Counted from the stretch's first letter, positions 30,556 through 43,324 are shown. The stretch is 64,000 bases of DNA from Eledone cirrhosa (GCA_964016885.1 OZ024755.1:40486001-40550000), one strand, 5' to 3'. A program made the numbers and translations. The notes: generated by a model from the letters alone, not told the origin.

Positions 30556-30694
30556 CTTATAGAATCCTAGTAAATAATCAGGAACTGATTATACAGAGCG
30601 GTTGCCGGTCAAGCAGAATTTACTAGAATAATTATTTACTAGAATTCTATGAGAACATAACATCCGTAATTTCAGCAGACGGGAGGGAGTAGTT

Positions 30695-30740
30695 GGCTTT
30701 GATAAGCATCAATAAATGCAGAAACAAGGCCTTGTCAGCT
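30695..30740 (+). ncRNA. Hammerhead ribozyme family H12, U3-A8 core variant
   Basis: ggct TTGATAA gcat-caataa-atgc a GAAAC aaggcctt GTC agct, enclosed by the long stem 30667-30683 / 30750-30766. Confidence 0.75.
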
Positions 30741-30904
30741 TTATCTCCCCCTGTTTGCTGAAATTAAAGTAAGTGAGTCTGTCACTACTCTAAAACAATA
30801 GCATACTGTCTTCAAAATGCTTTTAATTAAGCATAAAGTGTATTGCAAAACACACTATATATACATTCATATATATATATAGCTATTTCAGAGCACCAAT
30901 TCTA

Positions 30905-30953
<49 letters not shown>

Positions 30954-31596
30954 TAAAATTAGTCCTTCATCAGTGATCTTCCAACCTTCATTGGTATTTC
31001 ATCACTTTAAAAATCATATACCTCTAGTTGGTGCGAGCAATAACTAAATAAAGCTATTGGGACAAGTAAAATAGGGTAAAACGAGCGAGACATGTAAACA
31101 AACAAAGATGGTATTGCAACGGAAAGATAGAAAGAAACAAGTACATGATATCTATTAAGCTTAAGCTTGGTGAATTCATGGACGAGAGATACAGACAATC
31201 CAACATGGGTGAGATGTGAGCGAGAAAAGGATTTCACACAGGTCAAACGGGAGGAAGTGAGAGAGGGGGAGAAGCAGAGAGTGAGTGAGTGGAAGTTTGA
31301 GGAAGAGGCCAGTCGAGAGATAATGTGACGGACAGAGGGGGTAAAAAGAAGGTGAGAGATAGAGAGAGAGGGGGAAAGCAGTAAGAAAGAAACAGACAAT
31401 CGCAACTGAGGAAAAAATATAAATATGAGAAGAATTGAGTGCTGCGTGGTTGCACATGGGTTACATATGAATAAAATTAGTCCTTCATCAATTTTTCCGT
31501 TGCAATACCATCTTTATTTGTTTACATGTCTCGCTCGCTTCACGCTATATTACTTGTCCCAATAGCTTTATTTAGCTATTGCTCGCACCAACTAGT

Positions 31597-31646
<50 letters not shown>

Positions 31647-31810
31647 ATGTTGAAAAGGTAACACACCAGAGAGAGATATATAGTGCGTTATCAATAATAC
31701 AGGGAAAAAACCACGAGTGTATGGAATCTATAACCTATGAAAGGCAGACTATAGACACGATAATTTAAAATATAAATTAAAGCGTAAATAAATACCTCTA
31801 TAACTATATA

Positions 31811-31890
31811 ACACACGTACAAATCCAAAGATATGTTTCACCAAACATTTATTGAAAGAAATGGTCTAGTCTCGGTTCATCAGCGTGTGT
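31811..31890 (-). ncRNA. Hammerhead ribozyme family H13 in island 31640-32260 (related fragment at 2713-2975)
   Basis: Minus strand reads acacacg CTGATGA accgagac...gtttggt GAAA catatc-tttg-gatttg TA cgtgtgt. 7-bp stem I, extended stem III. Confidence 0.85.
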
Positions 31891-32257
31891 AAGGCTATAC
31901 ATTTCAGACAACACTAAGAGAATTTTAAAATTGACTGTCCAGCTACACGTGGGAGAGAGAAGTCACAGCGTGTTTAAGGGCAGTGAACCTGTGGCCTCTG
32001 AGGGTTGAACTACTAGAAAGGGCAGCCCAAAGCCACTCAGAGAAGTGTGCTCAACCAAACAGAGTTGGGAAAGGATTATTAGGAGCGAAATATTACGATA
32101 AATTAACGAGGAATAGGCCCTCGCTATGATGACGCACTATATATCTTTCTCTGGTGTGTTACCGTTTTATTGTATTTTAAAGAGCTCAGGATCTCTTCTC
32201 CTTTGAGCAGATTATTTACAGGGAATAGCGAGGGCCTATGCCTCCCTTAATTTATCG

Positions 32258-32413
<156 letters not shown>

Positions 32414-32425
32414 ATATATATATAT

Positions 32426-32499
<74 letters not shown>

Positions 32500-32601
32500 A
32501 TGTATATATATATATATAGTAATAATAATAAATTTGAAGACTAAAATCCAAAGAGGGCTCGATAAGGATAAATATATATCAAATATATAAGAACAGTAGA
32601 G

Positions 32602-32733
<132 letters not shown>

Positions 32734-32853
32734 CTACTAATTTTGAATAAAATTCTCATTGCTTTTGACAACAGCTGGTGATGTGCATGTAAGTATAGGT
32801 TGCTGACGATAGCTAATAAGCTTGAAACTAGTACAGCGTTCCTTTGTTAGTCT

Positions 32854-35025
32854 TTCTACTGAGATAGGCTCCGACATGTTACCTCCGACATTAACCCAAG
32901 CCTTCATGTCGTCATGGAAAGACCTAACTAAAGCAAGGAACTTATCAGGGCAACCAAGTTTCTGGAGAACCTTCCATAATGCATCTCTGTTGACAGTATC
33001 GAAAGCCTTTGTCAGATCGACAAAAACCTGATACAGATCCAAGCCCTGTTCAATGCACTTCTCCTGGAGCTGTCTAGCTGAGAAGATCATATCAGTAGTG
33101 CCGCGTCCAACACGAAAACCAGATTGACTTTCAGGAAGGACACAATCTGCAATGTGTGTCAGCAGACGGTCCAGAAGCACCCTACATAAAACTTTCCCCA
33201 CGACAGAAAGCAATGATATACCTCTGTAGTTCCCACAATCATTCCTGTTACCCTTTCCCTTGTACAAGACCACCATTACCGCATCTCTCCAGTCCTCAGG
33301 CACGGATTCATTAGCCCATATCCTTCCAAACAGAGAGTGAAGATGTTGCAGGAGTCTCTCACCACCATATTGTAGGAGCTCAGCATGTATGCCATCCATA
33401 CCTGGAGATCTTCCACTGTTCAGCTTCGAAATAGCCACTGCAACCTCCACAAGTGTCGGAGGCTCTGCGAGAGCTACTTTCACAGGACTTTCCGGAATGA
33501 GATTGAGGAAATCTTCACTGACGACAGACGGCTGATTCAAAAGATCATCAAAGTGCTCCCGCCACCTTCGTAGAATTCCCTGTGAGTCACGAAGAAGTTC
33601 TTTGCCATCCCTGCTGCGAATCGGTGTCACCAGAGAAGAAGACGGTCCATAAACCTCACGCAAGAGACTGTACAACAGCTTTGTGTTATTGCAATCAGAC
33701 GCAGTTTGTATCTCACCAGCCTTCTCACTCCACCACTGATCCTTCATCTGAGAAAGACTCCGCCTAACACGTGATTTTACATCCCTGAGCTCCTCATGCA
33801 ACGTATTCCTCTCCTGTGGTCTTGCCGTCAAGTAGCGTGACAGAGCGCGCCTCTTATCAGCCAACAAGTCATCTATATGCACATCTTTCTCATTAAACCA
33901 GTCCTGATGTTTTCTCTGCACCAATCCCAGAACACGTCTGCCTACATCATAAACCGACTTTTTAAGGGTCGGCCAATCCTCACCAAGATCTGCAGCCTGC
34001 ATCTCTTCTTCCAATGTCCTCTTCACATTTTTATCCTTAAGACGAGCAGCATTCAATCTTTTGGGCAGGGTAACACCAGGAGCCCGGATTTTACGTTTGG
34101 TGATTAGATTCACTTTTGCGCGTACCAGGCGGTGGTCCGTCCAGCACTCAGCTCCACGAAGAACACGAACACACCGCACATCCTGTCTGTCACGCATCCT
34201 GACTAGGACGTAGTCCAAAAGATGCCATTCCTTAGATGCAGGATGCATCCATGTGGTCTTGAATTTGTTCTTTTGTTGGAACATGGTGCTGGTAACACAC
34301 AGATCCAGCTCCTCACACATCTGCAGCAAGAGCATACCATTGCTGTTACACTTTCCCACCCCATGCCTTCCGATTACATTCCATGTGTTAAAATCCCTAC
34401 CCACTCTAGCATTAAAGTCACCAAGCACGATGACCTTGTCTGCCTGAGGGATATTTCTTAAAACACCTTTCAAGGCATGGTAAAAGGACAGTTTTTCTTC
34501 ATCGACAGAATTCATAGTTGGAGCATACACACTCACCAGGGTAGCATATCTTCCCTTGTCCAGCGGAACTCTCATGGACATAAGACGCTCACTAATCCCC
34601 ACTGGGAATTCTTCCAATTTATTCACCAGTACAGTCTTAACAGCAAATCCTACCCCAGCCTCTCTTCTGGTTCCTTCATCTCTTCCTTTCCAGAAGAATG
34701 TATACTCTCCACAAAATTCCGTAAGATGACCATCTCCAGCTAACCTCGTCTCAGACAAAGCCACGATGTCAAGATCGTAACGTCGAAGCTCCTTCGCAAC
34801 AAGAGCGGTCCTTCGTTCAGGACGCTCCAAAGAATCCCTGTCAAGCAGCGTCCGTACGTTCCAGCAGCCAAGACTAAATGCCCTGTTTGGCTCTATTACA
34901 ATGGCACGATGACGGGCGGGCCCAGGTTGTGATAACTTGGGGCCCCTGCCCTTATTGCCAATGATCCCTTTTGTTCCAGAACCCAAATTGGCAATTATCT
35001 CGTTTACATTGTTCTGGAACATCAT
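32854..35025 (-). CDS. RTE-clade LINE ORF (AP endonuclease plus N-terminal part of RT), 3'-truncated
   Basis: WNVRTL, ALSETR, YAPT, GDFNARVG, TDH, PGMDG, NYRGISLL, ESQSGFR and FVDLTKAFD. Homology stops at EPISVE, before the GVxQG and YADD motifs. The N-terminal 70 aa of the listed 832-aa ORF are microsatellite read-through. Confidence 0.9.
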
Positions 35026-35345
35026 TGAATTGGGAAAAAAAAAAAAAAAAAAAAAAAAAGTAATAATAATAGTAATAATAATAATAATAATGATTTCATT
35101 TATTGGCCACAAGGGCCGACATATAGGGGACAACACAATAGACAGGGACAGTGGGGGTTTACATAGAGATCGAGTAAGTATAAATAACAAAAAAAACAAA
35201 ATAACAATAAAAATACAACAATGAAAGTTCCCCAATAAGAGGGATCACCACCCAGGGTTGACTCAAGCACCCCACCAGTCCTGAGCCACCCGACGCTCCT
35301 AGGGCACCCGGGAAGGGCACCCCTCTCCTTCTCGAATTCACCAGC

Positions 35346-38300
35346 CTACAGGCGCATGATCAGAGTAGGCCCACTCACGCGGGCCATTCTCGCCACATTC
35401 ACCCACCTTTCAGTAAATGTACTGGGGGGCAGCACTTCTCTCTCCACCCTCACCTTCCTTTCCAAGTGAAACTTGAAGAAGTTGATGAGGGATTGGCCGA
35501 AGAGAAAAGTGTCTGTCTTCAGTCCTTTCAACCTGGTCCACCATGCAACCTCTTTCGCTACTGCCACCAGGCAGAGGAAAATTGCCTGCCCTTCCTGACC
35601 AAAAGAAGGCGGCGGGTCAATCTTCACTATGGACTCGGACGATAGCCGGATCCGTTCTACACGCGACAATAGCTGTTCGACATAACCCCACAAGTCAGCA
35701 ATGCACGGACACTGGACGAGTGCGTGCAGAACGGTTTCGTCGCTCTGCGCGCATCTCGGGCAGGTTCGTCTGACAGCACTTCCGTGCCTGTAGAGTTTAT
35801 CCCGAACCGGCAGCGCCCCCCGGTAGCACTGCCAAGCGAGGGATTTCTGGAAGTTATCCATCGTCCCCGGCTCGAAAGTCCTCCGGAACATACTGGTCAG
35901 TTCTACTTCGTTGACGCCCAGAGCCTCTCCTAGTACGTCATCGCACTTGCCCTCCACTAATCCTCTATAGAAATCTTGAGTGGAAGTTCCACTGACCGCA
36001 TTGCCCACCTTGCAGAGTGCAGTGAGCGCCTGGCAACATTCCAGATGCCAGTCGCCCAGTCTCGGTCTCTTCTTGACCCAGGACTGCAGCTCAGTCAAAG
36101 AGATGAGCTGCGGAAAGGCCCGTCTAACAAACGGCGACCACACCTGTTCACCGTTTAGGCAAAATATCTGGAGATGTCGCAGCCTCAGCGCATGTCTGCG
36201 CATCATTAGCCACGGCATGCCCAGCCCTCCACGAAGAGGGTGCTGGCAGCAGATGGACCGCCTCACCAACGGGACCCGTCCCCTCCACAAAAATTTGAAA
36301 AGGAGCCGTTCCAAATTGGCGAGGCGTGGACGGGGGCAAGGCACGACGGTCAGGCGGTAGTAGATGACGGACGCGATGTACGCGTTCGCCACCTCCGCCC
36401 GCCCTTTCAGTGATAGCTTTCTCTCAGCCCATTTCTGGGTGAGGTTGGCTATCCTGCTCGTCACCTCGTCCCAATTCTTATCCACCTGGAGGTCTGGTCC
36501 GAACCAAACCCCGAGCAACTTTACCGGTCCGTCTGTCCAGCGCCCAACGACGCTGTTGGACGGCATGGACTTGCCTCTCCAGGTGCCGAGCTGCAAGCCC
36601 ACCGACTTTTCCGGGTTAAGTTTTGCTCCCGTCAACCTTTCATATTCCTCCAAATGGGTGCGGATCACCTCGATTTCCGAGGTGTCCGACACCATCACGG
36701 TGATGTCGTCCGCATAAGCGGACGCAGCCTTTCTACGTCCCGGTTCGAGCGGGATGCCCTGCAACAACTCCAGCTTCCGCAGTAGAGGCTCAAGAGTCAA
36801 TACGTACAGAAGTGAGGAGAGAGGGCACCCTTGACGGACCGATCGAGAGATCTGAAACGGTTCCGAGAGGTGGCCATTAACTTTGACCACCGAGCGGATG
36901 CCGCTGTACATTGCAGCGATCCAGCTTCTGAAGACGGGGCCGAAGCCAGCCGCCTCGAGGACAGCCTCCAAGTACCGATGGTCGACCCTATCGAATGCTT
37001 TCGATTGATCTAAATTGATCAGAGCCCCACCGAAGCCAGGTTTGCACCCAACCCTCTCTATGATGTATCGCATGAGGTGGAGGTTGTCGTGTATGGACCT
37101 GGTCGGGATTGCGCAAGTTTGCGCCTCCCCAACCAAATCTTTGACGACAAGCGCCAACCTTTTCGCTAACACCTTGGCCAAAATCTTAAACTCTGTGTTG
37201 AGCAGGGTTATGGGCCTGAAATTATCTAGTGTGTCCCTCTTGTTCTCGTCTTTCCTTATCAGCGTCACTACGCCACGGCTCACAGAACTGGGAATGCTCC
37301 CGTTCTGCTGCCAGTTGCAGTAGAGCGCTTCGAGGAGATCGGAGAACAAGTCTGGCATATTTACGTAAAGCTCGTAGGGCAGACCATCCAAACCGGGTGA
37401 CTTGCGACTCGAGCAGCCGACAAGGGCGTCCTGAATTTCGGCTGATGTTATCGGCTCTTCGCAGCGCTCAGCGTCGGCCGTCGAGAGGCGTGGCAAGCCG
37501 TCGAGGTAGGGACTGAAGTCCGCCGCCGTCTCCGACTCACCCATCCTCCCGAACAATCGAGCAAAGTGCTGGCGAAAGGCCTCACACATCCGCTTGGAAT
37601 CGCTCAGTTCGTGTCCATCTCGATCCGTCAAAGACCGAATTGTGGTTTTATTTCCACGCTGCGTCTCTGCAAAGCGAGCCCATCGGGCAGCTTTGGTTCC
37701 CTCGTTCCTCAGAGCACGCGCCTTAGCTCTGACAATGCAACCTTCGTGTTTCGCATTGAAGAAATGGTCTAGTGCCATTCTCGCCGCTAGCACGTCTGTT
37801 GCAATGCCACTACAAATAGCCTCGTCTAACTTAGCTATCAGCCCCTCCTCCTTTCTATTTTTCTCTATTGCTACTTCTTTGCTAAATCCTATCGAGGTTG
37901 CTCTAATCTCTCTTTTGAGTGCCCCCCACCACCTGTTGTTGACAACCCCCCCTGTCAACTTTTGCTTAACTAAGTTGTTGACCCGGTCCCTGTAAGCTTT
38001 ACGTGCCGGAAACGACATGTTTAGCTTCCAGTAGCTAGGTCCTAACCTACGTGTCTTATCTAGGTCGACCATACAGATCACAAGCTTGTGATCTGAATAG
38101 GCAACCGTTTTAAAATGTGGACATCCTACACTATTTCTATCTCTTTTCCTAATGAAAATCCTATCTATGTACGATCTAGATGACCCTATGCGATTGGTCC
38201 AGGTCCATACTGGCGCATTAGGGAAATCTAGTCGGTACCTGTCAGACAGTTGAAACTGGCTGATCAGGTACTTGAGGCTTTTGCACCCCCCGCTCCTATC

Positions 38301-38765
38301 AGATACTCCCACACAATCCCAGCGTGCTTCTAAGATGCCATTCCAATCCCCTATTAACAGTAAAGGGCGAGACGTAAGCAGAAAGTTTTCCAGGCGCCTA
38401 AAGAAGTCCGGCCGACCGGCCCCAGTAGGGGCGTAGACGGCCACCAGTCTAAAGGCACCACCTTCGCTATTGCTCACGTCCAGGACCACCAACTTTCCGT
38501 CAGGATCCCGGAAGATTGACCTTACCTCGAGATCCAGACATTTCCTAAACAGCACAGCCACTCCACCTCCCATTCCCGGCCGACTAACAGATGCAAAGAT
38601 CTGATAATCGTCGAAAATCGGCGCCAGTGCGCGTGTGTCGGAAATTCTGGTCTCGCTGATGGCAATTACATCCATTCCTAGTGACCTGAGGTCGTTGAGC
38701 AAGTGACCTTGCTTCCAGGGCGACCCCAGGCCACGAACATTTAAACTTCCTACTCTTATGGCCAT
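35346..38765 (-). CDS. LINE ORF2p: AP endonuclease, reverse transcriptase and C-terminal Zn finger (1139 aa)
   Basis: SLNVRGL, GDWN, SDH, PGLDG, RPITLLNTEFKIL, LDQSKAFDRV, QGCPLS, YADD and CPRC..H...C, uninterrupted. Confidence 0.97.
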   Translation of the reverse strand: MAIRVGSLNVRGLGSPWKQGHLLNDLRSLGMDVIAISETRISDTRALAPIFDDYQIFASVSRPGMGGGVAVLFRKCLDLEVRSIFRDPDGKLVVLDVSNSEGGAFRLVAVYAPTGAGRPDFFRRLENFLLTSRPLLLIGDWNGILEARWDCVGVSDRSGGCKSLKYLISQFQLSDRYRLDFPNAPVWTWTNRIGSSRSYIDRIFIRKRDRNSVGCPHFKTVAYSDHKLVICMVDLDKTRRLGPSYWKLNMSFPARKAYRDRVNNLVKQKLTGGVVNNRWWGALKREIRATSIGFSKEVAIEKNRKEEGLIAKLDEAICSGIATDVLAARMALDHFFNAKHEGCIVRAKARALRNEGTKAARWARFAETQRGNKTTIRSLTDRDGHELSDSKRMCEAFRQHFARLFGRMGESETAADFSPYLDGLPRLSTADAERCEEPITSAEIQDALVGCSSRKSPGLDGLPYELYVNMPDLFSDLLEALYCNWQQNGSIPSSVSRGVVTLIRKDENKRDTLDNFRPITLLNTEFKILAKVLAKRLALVVKDLVGEAQTCAIPTRSIHDNLHLMRYIIERVGCKPGFGGALINLDQSKAFDRVDHRYLEAVLEAAGFGPVFRSWIAAMYSGIRSVVKVNGHLSEPFQISRSVRQGCPLSSLLYVLTLEPLLRKLELLQGIPLEPGRRKAASAYADDITVMVSDTSEIEVIRTHLEEYERLTGAKLNPEKSVGLQLGTWRGKSMPSNSVVGRWTDGPVKLLGVWFGPDLQVDKNWDEVTSRIANLTQKWAERKLSLKGRAEVANAYIASVIYYRLTVVPCPRPRLANLERLLFKFLWRGRVPLVRRSICCQHPLRGGLGMPWLMMRRHALRLRHLQIFCLNGEQVWSPFVRRAFPQLISLTELQSWVKKRPRLGDWHLECCQALTALCKVGNAVSGTSTQDFYRGLVEGKCDDVLGEALGVNEVELTSMFRRTFEPGTMDNFQKSLAWQCYRGALPVRDKLYRHGSAVRRTCPRCAQSDETVLHALVQCPCIADLWGYVEQLLSRVERIRLSSESIVKIDPPPSFGQEGQAIFLCLVAVAKEVAWWTRLKGLKTDTFLFGQSLINFFKFHLERKVRVEREVLPPSTFTERWVNVARMARVSGPTLIMRL

Positions 38766-38794
38766 GCTGGCAGGATGAATGGGAGAGGAAAGGT

Positions 38795-40657
38795 TTACTT
38801 ACCTTCCGGGGTCTTGTGAAGGTCGGGTGGTTCGACCTCCATGGTTTGTGGGGTTTCTTTTGGGAACCCCTTTAATAGTCTTGACGTGGGTTTTACGTTC
38901 GGGGTTCCCACATCCCGAGGAAAGCTCTTTCGAATTTCTTTGTATGAAGCGAGCGACATTCGCATCAGAAGCAAATTATCTGGTACGCGAAATGTGCTCG
39001 CTTCAAATGTTTCCCCGTCTTTTTCGATGTTTGTGCTTCGTGCTACATGGGCCATCAATTCCTTGTTGGCCCTTCTGGCGAGCACGAAGTTTTTAATGTT
39101 TTGTTGCTCGGGTTTTATTTGTTCGTGTGATTGTGGTGGTGATAGCTTTGTTAGTGTTGTTTCTATTGTGTCTGCGTTTGTTGTGGGTGGGGTGTCTGTA
39201 GTTTCTGATGTTTGTGTGTCTATTTGTTCTTGTGTCTGTTTAGCTTGTTTGCGTTTGGGGGATTTTGGTGGTTGTGTTGGTGATGCTGTGGGGAAAATGT
39301 TTGTGTGGGTGGTGTGTGTATTTTGTTTTGTGGGGGTGTTTGTGCTTTGTGGATTTCTTTTTTTTTTGTGTTTTGTTTTTTGTATTTTGGGGGACTTTGG
39401 TTTTCCCTCATCTTCACTGCTGGAGGATGAGGGGTCTGTGGCTGTGAGCGTGTTTGTGTCTGAGTGAGTGTTTATGTTCTTGTTCGTGTGTGTATTTTGG
39501 GGGGGAGGGGGAATGGGAGAGCTTTCCTCGTTTCCCCCCTGGGTGTGCAATTTTGGTGGTTCCATTGTTGACGGTGTTGCTGGTGGTCCTTGTCCCGGCG
39601 TCGCCAGCAGTGGAATCTTTCGACCCCTTGCGCTTTTCGGCAGTTGAGGGCAGAAGGCTCGCAAGTGTGTCGTTTCCCCACAAAGGAAACAATGCGGCCT
39701 TTTGCCCTCAGTCATTATATGCAACACCCTCCCGTTTTGGAGGCGGATGTGGTCCGGGATTGCTTTCACGTTTTCGGGTCTGATTTGGAGCAGTATCTCC
39801 AGATCAACCCCGGACCAGTCGTCCCTGGCAGTTCTCGTTGCCTCTACCGGGACTGTATCCGTTCCTTCCACGATTACGCAACCCAGGAGCCACCACATAT
39901 CAAGTCCTGGTGGAATCCTGGGAATGCGCACACGTGCTATTCGTTTTCCCATGTGGGAGGGGTACATTATGACCTTGCTGGTTTTGCAAGGGGTCATTGA
40001 ATGCTTCACAGCGAGGGCTTCAGACTTGAACAGCACCGAAACGGTGCCGTATTGCCTGCCCCTCTCTATGAAGTCTGTGTCCTCTCTGATGTATTTCAGT
40101 GCGGCTTCTATGTCAGCTTGGGCGATTATCGCTGCCCTCTTTGTCTCTACTGAGATGCATCTGAAATGCACCGTTCTTTTTTCCACTGCCTCAATGGCTT
40201 CTGCCGGGACAGTTAAGTTTGCCCAGGTCTGCTCTTGATTTATGATTTTCCAGGCCTGGGCCAACTTTTCCTCTCTGTTGGTTAAGTCGATGCTGTAGCA
40301 TGGTCTCCTTTTAGCCGCTGCCACAGCAGCGAAAGTGTTCTTGTTGGTGTTGTCACTGTTGTTGTTCTTGTTGGTGTTGCTGCTGCTATTGCTGTTGTTG
40401 TTCTCCCCTGTGTCGTGGTTACCTTCTGTGCTGTTGGCCTTGTTGGTGCTCTCGCTATTACCACCTTCTGCGCTGTTCGGCTTGTTGGTGTTGGTGTTGT
40501 CGCTGTTACCACCTTCCGCGCCGCTCGGCCCGTTGGTGCTGGCACTGTCGCTGCTCACATTCGTGCTGGTGGCGCTCCTCGCCTCACCTCTCCTCTCAAC
40601 GCTCAAGTCGCCGTTGCACGACAGCAGACCCGCCTCTAGGGGGCGTGGCTCCGCCAT
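38795..40657 (-). CDS. LINE ORF1p (gag-like nucleic-acid-binding protein, 620 aa)
   Basis: Immediately upstream of ORF2. CCHC knuckle CFLCGETTHLRAFC and low-complexity N/T/K-rich linkers. Confidence 0.9.
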   Translation of the reverse strand: MAEPRPLEAGLLSCNGDLSVERRGEARSATSTNVSSDSASTNGPSGAEGGNSDNTNTNKPNSAEGGNSESTNKANSTEGNHDTGENNNSNSSSNTNKNNNSDNTNKNTFAAVAAAKRRPCYSIDLTNREEKLAQAWKIINQEQTWANLTVPAEAIEAVEKRTVHFRCISVETKRAAIIAQADIEAALKYIREDTDFIERGRQYGTVSVLFKSEALAVKHSMTPCKTSKVIMYPSHMGKRIARVRIPRIPPGLDMWWLLGCVIVEGTDTVPVEATRTARDDWSGVDLEILLQIRPENVKAIPDHIRLQNGRVLHIMTEGKRPHCFLCGETTHLRAFCPQLPKSARGRKIPLLATPGQGPPATPSTMEPPKLHTQGGNEESSPIPPPPQNTHTNKNINTHSDTNTLTATDPSSSSSEDEGKPKSPKIQKTKHKKKRNPQSTNTPTKQNTHTTHTNIFPTASPTQPPKSPKRKQAKQTQEQIDTQTSETTDTPPTTNADTIETTLTKLSPPQSHEQIKPEQQNIKNFVLARRANKELMAHVARSTNIEKDGETFEASTFRVPDNLLLMRMSLASYKEIRKSFPRDVGTPNVKPTSRLLKGFPKETPQTMEVEPPDLHKTPEGK

Positions 40658-40889
40658 GTTTTTTTGAGAAAAAAATTATTATTTTTTTTCAAAATAAAGT
40701 TCAAATATTTGGGCCAAAAGGCCCAAATATTATGAGTTATTCCTTCACAGGATACAAATGAATGTCTTATAATGCTTCAGCGGTACAAAAAATAAACAAT
40801 TCTCTACAATTAATCCTCAAAAAATTGCTTACTCACGGAGCTTCAAAAAACGTACATCCACTTTCGTCAATAATAATAATAATAATAAT

Positions 40890-41195
40890 ACTACACTATT
40901 AATGATTATTAATGCACTCGTGCAATGCCTGTGCGTGACGAATATTTTTAAAGTGAGGAAAGACTGTGCACTGAACCAATCCCACTCTCTGAGCGACAGT
41001 AGCTATAACCCGAAAAGAAGAAAAGATCAACATCATCGGTAACTACTGAGCCGCAGGTTTTATATCGGAGTTAACCCAGTTTCCTGAGATGCCTTCTCCT
41101 AGAAGAATACCCTGACATCGGCTAGGGGTTCTTCACTCCCAGTGGTTTAACTGCGCGATCGGGCATCCAGCCCGATTATTTCTATGTCCCCGCGC
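40890..41195 (-). mobile_element. Probable 5' UTR of the RTE element, separated from its ORF by the Tx1 insertion
   Basis: GC-richer unique block directly beyond the (TAA)n flank, with a hairpin tcgggctggatgcccga. The assignment is positional inference. Confidence 0.45.
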
Positions 41196-41718
41196 AAAAA
41201 AAAAAAAAAAAAAAAAAAATTACTTATTGACACTTATACGTACGACATACACACACACGCATACATATGCGTGCACACAGCAACACTCACACACACAACA
41301 AACACACACACACGCTACTCTACTCACTTACACGCACACACACACATATATATATATATATATTACCGTCATTACTGATACAAGATTACCAGATTATGTC
41401 AACTGTTGACTTTCAAGAGTTTGTATAGTTGAAGCCGATCGTATTACAGTCCAGTATTACTATAATTGCTTTACAGCATAGAGTTATGGCTCTCCACGGA
41501 GTCAACAAAAGAGAGTACCAGTGATGCGCTGGCCAGTCGCTGGATCCGTGCCAAAAGCAGAAAAATTATTATTAAAGTTGTTCTTAAGGCCAGGTCGCTG
41601 GTGATGGTGATGGCGACGGCGGTGGCGGTGGTGGTGGTGGTGGCAGTTGATGTTGTTGTTCTGTTGTGTGTGTGTGTGTGTGTGTTTTGTTATTTTGAGT
41701 TTTTTTTTTTTTTTTTTT

Positions 41719-41751
<33 letters not shown>

Positions 41752-42121
41752 CCCCTTCCCTTTTCTTTTTTCTTTTCCCTTCCTTTTTTTTTATGTTTTG
41801 ATGCCGCTGTTGTTGTTGTTGTTGTAATTGTTGTAAATGTTCATATATATATATATATACATACTACTGTACGTCTGTATACATATATGTATGTACGTAT
41901 ACATACTTATATTTAAGTAACAGCCGTACTAAGAGTGGGAAACGAAATTTCGTTTCATTTTTTCCGTTTATGTATATGTATATATATGTATATATATATA
42001 TATATACATATATATACATATATATATATACAAATAAATATATGAGAGGGGGGGGGAACACTGATACAAGTATACATGTGTTCTCATTGCAAATGACCAA
42101 GTTAACTAGGCTGAAAAATAC

Positions 42122-42296
42122 TTGTTTCTACTTTAGGCACAAGGCCAGCAATTAACCAGTACATTACTGGTACTTTAATTTATCGACCCCGTTAAAGTTA
42201 ACCTCGGCGGGATTTGAACTCAGATCGTAAAGGGACGTAACTATGCTTGAAAGCATGGCGTCCGACCCTCTACCGATACTGCCTATCCACCGCCAT
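42122..42296 (-). mobile_element. SINE (Meta-like family) with target-site duplication
   Basis: Homologous to 58612-58800 with an internal deletion. taggctgaaaaatact flanks both sides. Confidence 0.85.
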
Positions 42297-42816
42297 TAGG
42301 CTGAAAAATACTAATTTAAAATAATATGGTTTGCCTGTCTCGATTTAAAATAATAAATCAATAAAAATAACAAACCTATATTGGCAATGGCCGTGATACC
42401 CGGACAAATTCTAAATTTGTTTCTCAACAATTATTAAGTGAAAGTCACTATTCCTGTGCTCTTCTGTGGGTATCCAGGAACATTTGTACCTTTCACTTCA
42501 AAATACTTAAGAAGACTGAGAAATATGTGTTTTTTAACGCACATTTGTCACAGCGCCTAACTCGTCTCATACTCGTTCCGCTATAAATAGCAGCCGGTTT
42601 TATGAGACTAAAAATTAGCTCTACGTATGGAACCTAGAATATCATATATTGAGTTATTCAACCTAGCTAACTTGGTCATTTGCAATTCGAACACATGTAT
42701 ACTTGTATCAGTGTTCATCCCTCTCATATATTCATTTGTATTACACGGCTCGGAAATATTCCCTTCTTTGAGGTATTTTATTGTAAAAGACTATTTCGAG
42801 TTTATAAATCAATATA

Positions 42817-43008
<192 letters not shown>

Positions 43009-43030
43009 TTATATACATATACATATATAC

Positions 43031-43061
<31 letters not shown>

Positions 43062-43142
43062 CATGTATGTATATATATATATATATATGTGTGTATATTT
43101 ATATATATATATGTATATATACATATGTATATATATATACAC

Positions 43143-43173
<31 letters not shown>

Positions 43174-43210
43174 TATATATACATATATATATATATACAT
43201 ACACACACAC

Positions 43211-43324
<114 letters not shown>

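Larger units (their letters stand above)
35092..40868 (-). mobile_element. Full-length Tx1/L1-clade LINE inserted in a (TAA)n tract
   Basis: 5' UTR, two intact ORFs and a 3' UTR ending gtggccaataaatgaaatc. (TAA)n on both sides (35061-35091 and 40869-40890). Confidence 0.92.

Noticed and set aside
30950-31005. CTGATGA on the minus strand as a hammerhead
   Set aside because: I could not find a matching stem II partner plus GAAA. At best it is a truncated remnant.
40890-41195. HDV-like ribozyme at the RTE 5' end
   Set aside because: Some RTE elements have one, but I could not fit P1/P2/P3/P1.1 by hand. An RNArobo or Infernal search would decide.
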